Assembly (NCBI GenBank): GCA_963718895.1 | Contig: CAVRAG010000008.1 | Span: 704,001-768,000 of the forward strand | Origin: an uncultured Nitrososphaerota archaeon | GTDB lineage: Archaea > Thermoproteota > Nitrososphaeria > Nitrososphaerales > Gagatemarchaeaceae | DNA length: 64,000 nucleotides | Reading direction: 5' to 3' | Part shown: positions 41,063-49,786 of the stretch, in pieces | Numbering within the stretch: the first letter of the stretch is position 1 | How the letters are laid out: the number at the start of each line of letters is the position of its first letter | Translations under genes and position numbers: made by a program | Notes under the pieces: generated by a model | Told to the model about the DNA's origin: nothing | Database searches by the model: none | The model's input: the letters and a program-made list of their open reading frames with translations, nothing else

Positions 41063-42535
41063 GTGCAAGTCCCGTCCCAGATGTACATCGATGGAAGGTG
41101 GGTAGACTCCGAAACCTCGGAGACCATGAACATTCTGAACCCGGCCAATCAGGAGGTCCTCGCGACCCTCCCGAAGGGCGGGAGGCAGGACACGAGGATG
41201 GCTATCGACGCGGCCTCGGAGGCTTTGAAGAAGGCAGAGTCGATGACCGCGTACGAGAGGTCGAAGATCCTGCTGAAGGTGGCTGGCCTCCTGGAGCAGT
41301 CCTCCCAGCAGATGTCCGCCCTCATATCCAAGAACGTCGGGAAGCCAATCGCCGATGCTGAGGCCGAGACGGCCCGCGGAGTGCTCACGCTCACGTTCGC
41401 CTCCGAGGAGGCGAAGAGGATGTACGGACAGACGATCCCCCTGGACAACACCCCGTTCCCGCCGGGAAATCAGAACAGGCTGGGGTTCACGCTCCGCGAG
41501 CCGATAGGAGTGGTGGGGGCAATCTCGCCGTTCAACTTCCCGCTCAACCTGCTGCTGCACAAGGTGGCGCCGGCGCTCGCCGCCGGAAACACGGTCGTCG
41601 TGAAGCCACCGAGCGACGGCCCGCTCCCTGCGCTCATGATGGCCAAGCTCTTCGAGGAGGCGGGGCTCCCCAAGGGGTTGCTCAACGTCGTGATCGGGCC
41701 CGGTGGCGAGGTGGGAGACGAGATAGTCACCAGTTGGAAGGTGAACGCGATCACCTTCACCGGGGACACGGAGACAGGGAAGGAGATAGCGGAGAGGGCG
41801 GCGCGGACGAACAAGAAGGTCATTCTGGAACTTGGCGGGCACAACCCGCTGATCGTCTTGGATGACGCCAAGGTCGTGAACGCGGTCAACTCCGCGCTCA
41901 CCGGGACCTTCTCCTACGCGGGGCAGGTCTGCACGGCGACGAGAAGAATCATCCTGAGCGAGAGGGTCAAGGAAAGGTTCCTGACCCAGTTCGAACAGGC
42001 CGTCGGGACGCTGAAGGTGGGCGACCCAATGGACCGGACGACGAGCGTCGGACCCATCATAAACGTCCGGAGCCTCGAGAAGATAGACGGCCTCGTCAGG
42101 GATGCCTCGGAGAAGGGTGCTAAGGTCAGGATGGGAGGGTCGCGCATGAGCAGCGGGGAGTACGCCCAGGGCAACTACTACTCGCCCACGATACTGGAAG
42201 GGGTCGTCGGAGGGATGGAGATCGCCCAGAAGGAGGTCTTCGGACCGGTCTCAGCCATCATGGAGGCTTCGAGCGACGACGAGGCCGTGGAGCTGGCGAA
42301 CAACACCATCTATGGACTGCAGGCCTCCATCTACACATCTGACCTCGCCCGAGGCCTCAGGCTCGCCAAGAGGGTGAAGGCGGGCGCGGTCATGATAAAC
42401 GATCGGACGAACCTGCGCTGGGACAACGCTCCGTTCGGGGGCATCAAGAGAAGCGGGATGGGCCGGGAGGGGGTGAGCCTGGCCATAGGGGAGCTCACGG
42501 AACTGAAGTTCATAGTAGCGAACCTGGCAGAGTAG
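41063..42535 (+). CDS. NAD(P)-dependent aldehyde dehydrogenase
   Basis: SPFNFP, FTGD, LELGG, GQVC, EVFGP, PFGGIKRSG. Confidence 0.95.
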   Translation: MQVPSQMYIDGRWVDSETSETMNILNPANQEVLATLPKGGRQDTRMAIDAASEALKKAESMTAYERSKILLKVAGLLEQSSQQMSALISKNVGKPIADAEAETARGVLTLTFASEEAKRMYGQTIPLDNTPFPPGNQNRLGFTLREPIGVVGAISPFNFPLNLLLHKVAPALAAGNTVVVKPPSDGPLPALMMAKLFEEAGLPKGLLNVVIGPGGEVGDEIVTSWKVNAITFTGDTETGKEIAERAARTNKKVILELGGHNPLIVLDDAKVVNAVNSALTGTFSYAGQVCTATRRIILSERVKERFLTQFEQAVGTLKVGDPMDRTTSVGPIINVRSLEKIDGLVRDASEKGAKVRMGGSRMSSGEYAQGNYYSPTILEGVVGGMEIAQKEVFGPVSAIMEASSDDEAVELANNTIYGLQASIYTSDLARGLRLAKRVKAGAVMINDRTNLRWDNAPFGGIKRSGMGREGVSLAIGELTELKFIVANLAE

Positions 42536-42545
42536 GGAAATCTCC

Positions 42546-43514
42546 CTACTCGAAGTCGCTCCTTATCAGTTCAAGCTGGTTCTGCGACCCGAGCTTGCTC
42601 ACCCTGATGTAGCCGAGCTGCTCGAGCCTCTTCGCCTGTCTCCAGGCGGTCGTCCTCGGGACGCTGAACCGTTCCCTTATCTCGGCCTCCACCACCTTCC
42701 CTCCCTTGTCCCTGATGAAGCGGAGCATCTCTATGTCGTCGGGCCTCAGGACGGCAGAACCGGCAGACACGGACCTCGTCCTACGGAGCACCAGGAAGCC
42801 CGTCGCTGCCGCAAGCACAATAGCGGCGAGGATCAAGGTTGCCGTCCCCGGGGTTGTCTGCGGGTTCCCAGAGGAAGACGATGATGAAGTACCCGATGAG
42901 ACCGCTGAGGCGCCGGTGCCCGACCCCGTGGATGAGCTAGATTCAGTCCCGGACTTGGAGGTCGAAGTCTGTGACTGTGAGACAGCTATCGGAAGACCGT
43001 AGCTGACGTCCCAAGTTCCGGGACCCAAGACGAGGACCGGAACTCCTCCCTGGTTCGAGGTTGAGAGAGGCGTGCTGGAGAGCGAGAGGATGGTCGACTG
43101 CGGGGGCAGTTCCAGCGTGGAGTTAGACCCCCAGGTGTAGTCGACGGACCATACAGACCCTTGCTTCATGGTCAGCGAGCTCGTGTAATAGGTAAGGTCG
43201 ATGAACGAGTCGCCGAGTGTGTAGATCGTGATGTTCGCGCCCGATATCTCGTATGAGGCTGGCGTTCCCACCTGGTCTACCGCCAGGATGTCGCCGATCT
43301 GCGCCGAGAGCAGTGGAATCGTTACCTCCGTCGTGTTCTGGGGCATGACCAGTGTCTGGTTGATGACCGCGTCTCCTTCGGCAGACACGTTGATCGAGGT
43401 GGCCTGGACGTAGCTGACAGGTGTCGCGACGGCGGATGCCGGATCAAGGTTCGTCCCTGCCACCATGAAGACCAAGAGAAGGCCCGCGGCGGTCAGCGAA
43501 ATCTTCGGGTGCAA
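42546..43514 (-). CDS. membrane-anchored regulator: extracellular beta domain, Ser/Thr linker, TM, C-terminal wHTH (COG2512-like)
   Basis: C-terminal LRPDD.EML.FI...GG.V.EAEIR..F.VPRTTAWR..KRLE..G; likely TTG start at 43514. Confidence 0.8.
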   Translation of the reverse strand: MHPKISLTAAGLLLVFMVAGTNLDPASAVATPVSYVQATSINVSAEGDAVINQTLVMPQNTTEVTIPLLSAQIGDILAVDQVGTPASYEISGANITIYTLGDSFIDLTYYTSSLTMKQGSVWSVDYTWGSNSTLELPPQSTILSLSSTPLSTSNQGGVPVLVLGPGTWDVSYGLPIAVSQSQTSTSKSGTESSSSTGSGTGASAVSSGTSSSSSSGNPQTTPGTATLILAAIVLAAATGFLVLRRTRSVSAGSAVLRPDDIEMLRFIRDKGGKVVEAEIRERFSVPRTTAWRQAKRLEQLGYIRVSKLGSQNQLELIRSDFE

Positions 43515-43641
43515 GGGACCATCGGGCTGGAGCTGCCGGAAGGCGGTCAATAACCTTGCGAGAGGGGCCGTGGGATGATTACGAAGGAACCCCGGGGGTG
43601 TTGGGACCCCGGGATTCCTGTCCATGGTTGTCGCTGGACAA

Positions 43642-44571
43642 TCAGTGCCCGGTGTCTTGGGCAGTCTCGTGGGCCGCGAGGGTCATCAGCTGCGTGGCCT
43701 GGTTGGTCTGCTGCACGCCCGTGCTGAAGTTCCCTGACTGGAAGGACGTGATGGCCGTGCCCAGCAGAGTCTGGGCCTGTCCGAGCTGGCCCTGTATCTG
43801 CTGGCGCAGTGAAGACGTGATGTTTGCCTTCAGGGCCGACTGCTGCAGCTGAGCCGCTCTCGGGTTCAGTATCGTCTGAATGTACTGGACCGCCTTCACG
43901 TCTCTCATCGAGCTGGCCAGGCCGTTTATGTCGGAAGCGACCTGCTGCAGGTGGCTGGCCGCGTCGGTCAGGAGACTGACGACGGCATTAATCTGGGTCT
44001 CGGTGGAGGCGGAGGTAATCGAGGCGAGCAGTGTGGAGGCTTGGGTCGTGTCTGCCGATGCCTTGCCTAGATTCGCCTTCGCGTCGCTGCAGGTGGCTGC
44101 GGATGCGTTCTTGGAGCTGCAGAGGTTGTCCACCGCCGTCTGGAGCTGACCCGTCCTGTTCTCTATCCTGAGGATGTCACTCTGGAGGTACTGGAGTTGG
44201 TTCTCGATCTTGACTGAGACGACGACCTCGGACTGCAGGGACTCTGCGGCGCCCCTGAAGTCTTTCATGGCACCAAGCGCGTCGCGCGCCGCCTGGGTCG
44301 AGTTCGTGTTCGCTTCAGACTGGGCCTGGCTTAGCAGTCCGTTCCCTTGCTTTATCAGGGACTGTGCCGCGGTGACATTGACTCCATGCTGCTGGGCAAT
44401 GGTGAGCAGCTGTCCGGCATAACCCTGGGCCGCCTGTGCCAGTTGGATCAGAGAGTTGGCGGAACTCGTCTGGGAATTCTGGCTCGTTTGGGCCACAACC
44501 GGGACGATCCCAATCACCAAGAGGGATAGGACTACCGCGCTCGCTGCGATTGACGTCGGTTTTGGCCTCAT
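43642..44571 (-). CDS. secreted Ala/Gln-rich alpha-helical protein
   Basis: Signal peptide, helical repeats (A..L...A), one Cys pair. Confidence 0.75.
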   Translation of the reverse strand: MRPKPTSIAASAVVLSLLVIGIVPVVAQTSQNSQTSSANSLIQLAQAAQGYAGQLLTIAQQHGVNVTAAQSLIKQGNGLLSQAQSEANTNSTQAARDALGAMKDFRGAAESLQSEVVVSVKIENQLQYLQSDILRIENRTGQLQTAVDNLCSSKNASAATCSDAKANLGKASADTTQASTLLASITSASTETQINAVVSLLTDAASHLQQVASDINGLASSMRDVKAVQYIQTILNPRAAQLQQSALKANITSSLRQQIQGQLGQAQTLLGTAITSFQSGNFSTGVQQTNQATQLMTLAAHETAQDTGH

Positions 44572-44801
44572 GGCATCTGTATGCCCAGGTTTGATGTAAA
44601 AGGGACAGCCCGTGGGACGTGAAACGGTTGTTCCACATGGAACCTAAGATATGATTTTCGCCGTCTGTCGAATTAAGTGTCGCTCGGCGACGGTCTTCCT
44701 GTCACGAAAGGCGCCGCTGAAGGACTGGCTGCTCGGTCACGAGAGGCTGAAGCAGGGCTTTGTCTTCTTTTAATAGTCCATCTATGACTCAGGTTAATGA
44801 A

Positions 44802-45065
44802 ATGACAGACGAGAAACAAGAAGAGGAGACAAGGATGAATTTCTACAGTAACAAGGCTGTAGCCAAGTTTGTCATGGCTGAAGGAGTCCCAAAGACGACC
44901 GGCGCGTTCAGGAGGATGGTAGCGTCAGGCAGCTCGGAGAAGCTGGACAGCAAGAAGGGTGCCGCCCTGGTCGCGTGTCTTGGAAACGTGATGTTCACAA
45001 AGCACCCTCAGCAGATCAACGTCATGGACAAGGCAACCGGAAAGACGATCGCCACCTTCTCCTAA
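44802..45065 (+). CDS. hypothetical protein
   Basis: TTTTAATA at 44768-44775, ATG 44802, followed by a hairpin and T tract. Confidence 0.65.
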   Translation: MTDEKQEEETRMNFYSNKAVAKFVMAEGVPKTTGAFRRMVASGSSEKLDSKKGAALVACLGNVMFTKHPQQINVMDKATGKTIATFS

Positions 45066-45075
45066 AGAGACAACA

Positions 45076-45113
45076 GCCCGGGTTGTCGTTGACAGGCCCG
45101 GGCCTGAATTTTT
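45076..45113 (+). terminator. GC hairpin followed by a T tract between convergent genes
   Basis: GCCCGGG..TGTC-GTT-GACA..CCCGGGC then AATTTTT. Confidence 0.5.
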
Positions 45114-45139
45114 GCCTCTTTGGTCAGACAGCCTGAGAC

Positions 45140-45520
45140 CTAGGAGGTTGCGTTCTGCCAGAGGCCGATAGTGTTCCCTTCACTGTCCTTGAAATAGGCG
45201 GTGAAGCCCATCTCCCCGATGGACTCCTTCTTTCCTACCGCCTTGCCGCCGAGTTTCACTATCGTCGCGATCGTCTTGTCGATGTCCTTCACCGCGATTG
45301 TCACGACCGGAACCTTGAGCGGACCACCCCTCGCTCCCATGCCGCCGTTGATCGCTCCCGGGTTCTTCGGCATCCTCTGCTCGTTGACCTCCGTCGTGGT
45401 CAACCCCCAATACTCCATGCCTCCCATCTGCTCGATGCTCCATCCGAAGGCCTTCTTGTAGAAAGCGGAGGCCCTCTTGACGTCGTCGGCAGGAATCTCG
45501 AAGTGCACTACTGAGTCCAT
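45140..45520 (-). CDS. VOC family (glyoxalase/bleomycin resistance) protein
   Basis: VVHFEIPADD, FGW, INGG, F.DSEGN.IGLWQ. Confidence 0.9.
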   Translation of the reverse strand: MDSVVHFEIPADDVKRASAFYKKAFGWSIEQMGGMEYWGLTTTEVNEQRMPKNPGAINGGMGARGGPLKVPVVTIAVKDIDKTIATIVKLGGKAVGKKESIGEMGFTAYFKDSEGNTIGLWQNATS

Positions 45521-45615
45521 GGAATAACTATGACTCCAGACCTATTTAATCGCAGCAGGGAAGAAAAGTATACTCTCTGCGGACTGACGTTTTCAAGGCG
45601 CAACCTTGATGAAAA

Positions 45616-46497
45616 TCAGACGATGAGAGGGAAGGTGAAGAGCCTCGAAAGCACTCGCCCGGTCCCTGTTGCTGCGAAGACTCCGATCTTGTACTTGCCC
45701 TTCTGGAGGTTTGCGAAGCAGAAGATCACCTCACCGGTCGAGTGCGGGGTGAGCCCAGCTCCGGAGGAGGTTATCCGAATCGGCTGGCCGTCGGCGTTGT
45801 AGATGATCGCATAAACGACGGGAAGGAAGGTGATCGCCGAGTTGTTCCTGAAGGGGATCGATATCCGCACCGGGCAATTCAAGCCCGCCGACGACCTCTG
45901 CGGCCTTCCTGCGGTCAGGGACTTGTAGGAAAAACCCAAGATTCCGAACGGGGCCGTCTTCTGGAGGGCGCGGTAGACATCCTTCCTGTTCAGCAGGTCT
46001 ATCTGGAAGCGGCCCCCTCCGACGTAGTCCGGCACGACAATGAGGGTGGTGGCCGAGCCTCTCGAGTCGGTGTCCAAAAGCCCGGCTGCGTATGGAATGT
46101 AACCCGGAGAGATCAGGGAAATCTGGTAGTTCTCATTGGGAAGGAGACCCTTCCCCTGTACCTTGACCTGGTCGCCGAGGTAGGCCGTAGGTGCCTCCGA
46201 CGAGACCGAGGCCTGGAGCTCGAATTGCGCGCTTCCCCGGGCAGCCTCCCGAGCAGCTGGCACTGCTTCGATCTGTATCTTGGTGCCGAGCTCACCCTTG
46301 AGCCCCGCCGTGGGGACTTCCGGGACAGTGATCACGGTGCGAGCGGGGACTCCGCCTGTTCTTGTCGCCGTGAAGGTTGCGACCTTCGACCCGCCGAAGA
46401 GAAGGTCGTAGTTCATACCTCTCGCAAGCCCCTTGCCTCGGACGACTACCATATCTCCGACATTGCCGGCCTTTGGCTTCACATCCAGGGTTGACAC
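45616..46497 (-). CDS. hypothetical protein with repeated Ig-like beta-sandwich modules
   Basis: Two VGD.V.V.GKGL repeats; probable GTG start at 46497. Confidence 0.65.
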   Translation of the reverse strand: MSTLDVKPKAGNVGDMVVVRGKGLARGMNYDLLFGGSKVATFTATRTGGVPARTVITVPEVPTAGLKGELGTKIQIEAVPAAREAARGSAQFELQASVSSEAPTAYLGDQVKVQGKGLLPNENYQISLISPGYIPYAAGLLDTDSRGSATTLIVVPDYVGGGRFQIDLLNRKDVYRALQKTAPFGILGFSYKSLTAGRPQRSSAGLNCPVRISIPFRNNSAITFLPVVYAIIYNADGQPIRITSSGAGLTPHSTGEVIFCFANLQKGKYKIGVFAATGTGRVLSRLFTFPLIV

Positions 46498-46617
46498 GGA
46501 ACGACCCCGGCCGAAGAAGAGAGGCTTATCAGCTTTCCTCAGAGAGTGTGGAATCCTGACCGAAGCTGGAGCTTTCTTGAGCGCGGGGCTGAAATGCTTC
46601 GAACTCGGGTCTGAGGC

Positions 46618-47013
46618 ATGGAGTCGGATCTTCACCGGTCGATGAAGAGAATCGTGCGCGGAGTGCTGGAACGAGAAGGTTTCACGGTCATCGAGGAACC
46701 CCTCTTCCCACCGACGCGTTGGATATCCTGGGAGGCATACAGACCGGACCTCCTCGGCTTCCGCTCCGACTCTCAGAGAGAGGAGCTGGCAGTCGTCGAG
46801 TGCGAGACACATCCGAGCATGCCGAGGTTCAGCGCGAAGAACTACGCGAGCCTCTGGTTCGAGCCGTCCGTCCTGAGCGAGGGATCGTTACGGCGGATCC
46901 TTGCCGTGCCCCGCGGCAGGCTTCATGCCGTGGACCTGGGATTGCGCCAACAATGGGAGATCTGGGTGCTCGGCTCCACCCAGCCTCTCGAGAGGATCTC
47001 ATCCATCGCCTAG
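46618..47013 (+). CDS. small PD-(D/E)xK-superfamily nuclease-like protein
   Basis: ES..H...K helix, G..V..E, RPDLLG...AVVECET core (ExE variant). Confidence 0.6.
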   Translation: MESDLHRSMKRIVRGVLEREGFTVIEEPLFPPTRWISWEAYRPDLLGFRSDSQREELAVVECETHPSMPRFSAKNYASLWFEPSVLSEGSLRRILAVPRGRLHAVDLGLRQQWEIWVLGSTQPLERISSIA

Positions 47014-47096
47014 GTCTGCTCGGGAGAAGCTCGCGCTGAAACGACTATGTTCTCCGTGTTTTAGTTAAACCATATGGGCGATGCATAAGAATCAAA

Positions 47097-47371
47097 GCCG
47101 CCGAGATTACCTTCGCAGTCAGGATCCGGAGGCTCAAAGACTCCCGGATGAGGGGAGAGAGGATGAAGGCCGAGGAGGGCGACCCGTCTGGAACTTGAGG
47201 TTCCACAGCGACTTGCTGGCTACCGGCCCCGTAAGGGTTGCCCAAGGGAGGCCCGACTCCCCCAGTTTCATCCCAGACAGCGCTCGAACATGTCCCCTAA
47301 TCTGGGTGGTAAGCTCTGGCTGTACGCCCGGGGGAGGCATCAAGCGAGGGAGGCTCTGTTCGAAATGCCCG
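47097..47371 (+). ncRNA. candidate structured ncRNA, family unrecognised
   Basis: Nested helices across the intergenic gap between convergent genes; TATA-like TTTTAGTTAAAC at 47059-47070 (see findings). Confidence 0.55.
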
Positions 47372-49057
47372 CTACGTACCTTGCTCTGTCCCGCTGGGTC
47401 CCGGCCAGTCACCCAACTGCTGAGCGCCGCAGTTGGGGCAGAACTTCACATCGTGGCCTATCTGGGTTCCGCACCTGCCGCACAGCCTCGGAGCCGACTG
47501 CATCGGTGAAGGTGCTTCGAGGACCGTGCCTCTGGCACCCCTTCTTCTCATTACCATCACAAGTGCTACGAGAATCACCGCCACTATGACGCCACCCGCA
47601 ATCAAGGATGTGGGGAGAGCTGATGAGGGACCGTTTGAACCGGACGAGGTGGACTGCGCGGTCGTTGAGACTTGAGAGGAAACCGAGACGGTGACAGTCG
47701 TCCCTGCGAGAGGGAGAGTGTAGGTCCCGGAGACCGATCCAAGGTAAGCATAGTCAGGCGCACCGACGGAGACCGTCGAGAAACCGTTCGCAGGTTGGGA
47801 GACCTGCAGGTTGTCTGCCGCTTCCCCGGTGTTCCCTCCGAAGCTGTAGTAGGATGGATAGGCAGTCTGGGCGTCCGAGGTCGAGTTTCCGTAGAAGAGG
47901 CCGAGAGCTGCGCTGAGCTGTGTAAACTGGGTGGATTCTCCGTTCCCCTCCCCGCCCAGGACCAGTTCGGATTCGTAGAACAGGCCATCGGGGACGGTGG
48001 CATTGCCCGAGACCTCGAAGTAGGAGCTCTGGACTGAAGGATCGTGTATCGTAGCGTTGTCGAACCAGTTGATCGCCTGCGCCTGTTCAGACCCGTTTCT
48101 CATCACCTGGGCGCCGAATTGCACCTGGACGCCCACTCCAGGGGTCGTGGTCTCGCTGATGACAAGCGCGAGCGCCAGTGGAAAGTGATAGGTAGAGTTC
48201 CCTGATTGGAACGAGTAGTAGTATCCGGGGTTCGCGGGGTATGCATACCCTCCGTCGGTCGAGGTGATCGTTGTGTTGTCGAGGTAGCCCGAGACGCTCC
48301 CGTTCCAGATGTTGTCAGCCCAGGAGACGACAGAGGCACTAGTCACAAAGTCAGGGGTATCCTGTGTCCAGTACGACTGCTGGTTCCCCCCCTGCTCGTT
48401 CACCACGAGGATGGAGTTCAGCTGTAGAGTGGCACCCGAGACCGTGTCGTTGTAGAAGGACGCCGACGCGTTGTAGGCCTGCATGGACGCGATGTCAGCG
48501 ATGCCTACAACGTCTGTGCTCTTGATGGTGTAGGATGTCACCTTCCCTGAGTCGTTGGTCAAACCGTAAGAGGCGACGCCCGTGGGTTCAGGCGGAGTAA
48601 TGGGATAGCTGTAGTACGGGCTGATCGGGAACGTCTGGATGTTGTAGCTCACGTTCGCGCTGTATCCATAGGCAAAGAACACGAGGTAGTAAAAACCCTC
48701 CGAGACCTTCAGGGAGTGCTGGGGGATTGAGCTGCTGTTTTGAAGGAAGAGTGAGGCCGAGATATCGCTCAGGCCGTTGTCGAAGGATGTGTACTGCGAA
48801 TTCGTCATGATCGCAGTGGAAAGCGTCGTGTTGCTGCTCATCGAGATGGAGATTGTCGTGGGGCTAGACGGAGCATCGATCTGTAGCGGCTGATAGTATC
48901 CCGAAAGGAGTACCATTTGATAGGGAAGGGGGCTAGCGGAGTGAATGGGTTGACCACTCACCAAGGGCGACGATGCCATTAGTAGTGCGATTAGTAGCAC
49001 GCCGGGGGCGGTGTAACGGTGCAAGTGCGGACCCACCGCTCTTGACCCTATATACAT
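47372..49057 (-). CDS. thermopsin (A5)-family protease with C-terminal TM and double zinc ribbon
   Basis: PTGVASYG, ATLQLN, YWTQD, DNIWN, ELVLGGEGNG, GNTGE..DNL; CGRCG..FCPNCG. Confidence 0.85.
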   Translation of the reverse strand: MYIGSRAVGPHLHRYTAPGVLLIALLMASSPLVSGQPIHSASPLPYQMVLLSGYYQPLQIDAPSSPTTISISMSSNTTLSTAIMTNSQYTSFDNGLSDISASLFLQNSSSIPQHSLKVSEGFYYLVFFAYGYSANVSYNIQTFPISPYYSYPITPPEPTGVASYGLTNDSGKVTSYTIKSTDVVGIADIASMQAYNASASFYNDTVSGATLQLNSILVVNEQGGNQQSYWTQDTPDFVTSASVVSWADNIWNGSVSGYLDNTTITSTDGGYAYPANPGYYYSFQSGNSTYHFPLALALVISETTTPGVGVQVQFGAQVMRNGSEQAQAINWFDNATIHDPSVQSSYFEVSGNATVPDGLFYESELVLGGEGNGESTQFTQLSAALGLFYGNSTSDAQTAYPSYYSFGGNTGEAADNLQVSQPANGFSTVSVGAPDYAYLGSVSGTYTLPLAGTTVTVSVSSQVSTTAQSTSSGSNGPSSALPTSLIAGGVIVAVILVALVMVMRRRGARGTVLEAPSPMQSAPRLCGRCGTQIGHDVKFCPNCGAQQLGDWPGPSGTEQGT

Positions 49058-49138
49058 GATTTACTTCTTCCCTAAGCGAGAACTTCCCGAGAAGCTTGCG
49101 GTCGTTTCGACGAAACGGATTGCCTCGGGAGCCGAGTT

Positions 49139-49540
49139 CTACTGGTCCCTCTTGGACGATGCGGCCCTCTCCTTCACCGGAGGGCTTGCTTCGATATCGA
49201 CGGCCTTGTCGCCGCCCTGCTTCGACCCTATGTCTACGAACTGCTCCACGTTGCTGACGAAGATCTTTCCGTCGCCGGGAGAACCTGTGGTGGCGCTGCC
49301 TAGGATGGTGTCCACAACCTTGCTGACCTGGTCGTCCTTGGCGATTATCTCAAGTTTCGTGTGCCGGATATACTCGTCCTCCTGCGTCCATGTCCCTCTC
49401 ATGTGAACGGTGGTGATTACCCTGGTCCTGCCCCTTCCCTTGACTTCTTCGAGAGTGAGCCCGCCGACCCCTATCTTCTTCAAGGCCTCATCGACTTCCT
49501 CAAACTTCTCACGCCGGATGACCGCTTCGATCTTCTTCAC
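49139..49540 (-). CDS. P-II family signalling protein (non-canonical)
   Basis: MKKIEAVIR, G.GR, KLEI, TG.PGDGKIFV. Confidence 0.9.
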   Translation of the reverse strand: MKKIEAVIRREKFEEVDEALKKIGVGGLTLEEVKGRGRTRVITTVHMRGTWTQEDEYIRHTKLEIIAKDDQVSKVVDTILGSATTGSPGDGKIFVSNVEQFVDIGSKQGGDKAVDIEASPPVKERAASSKRDQ

Positions 49541-49786
49541 GGGTCTCAGGCCCCGCGAGGGCGCTGCGATACTTTTAAGACTTGTCCGGTGTTTTTACAG
49601 AGTCGGCACCATTATACATAACTCCGACACTTTGTCGTCGTTTCCTGTCTCCGCTAGCCTCAACAAATCCGGTGTGCGATTTCCCTGCCGGCAAAGGCCC
49701 CGCGGACCCCAGAGAGTCTCCGATCGGGCGAAAAAGAGGAGGACAGAACGGAATTATAGTGAAGAAACACACCCCCTTGAGTTAGC

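Noticed and set aside
47097-47371. RNase P RNA, SRP RNA or cobalamin/lysine riboswitch identity for the structured element
   Set aside because: Diagnostic motifs (GAGGAAAGUCC/ACAGAA..GCUUA, CAGG..GGAA..AGCAG, B12 box) were not found on either strand
47045-47589. Short ORFs (66-142 aa) overlapping the structured element
   Set aside because: No recognisable motifs, Arg/Pro/Gly-rich shadow composition, and they overlap the thermopsin 3' end
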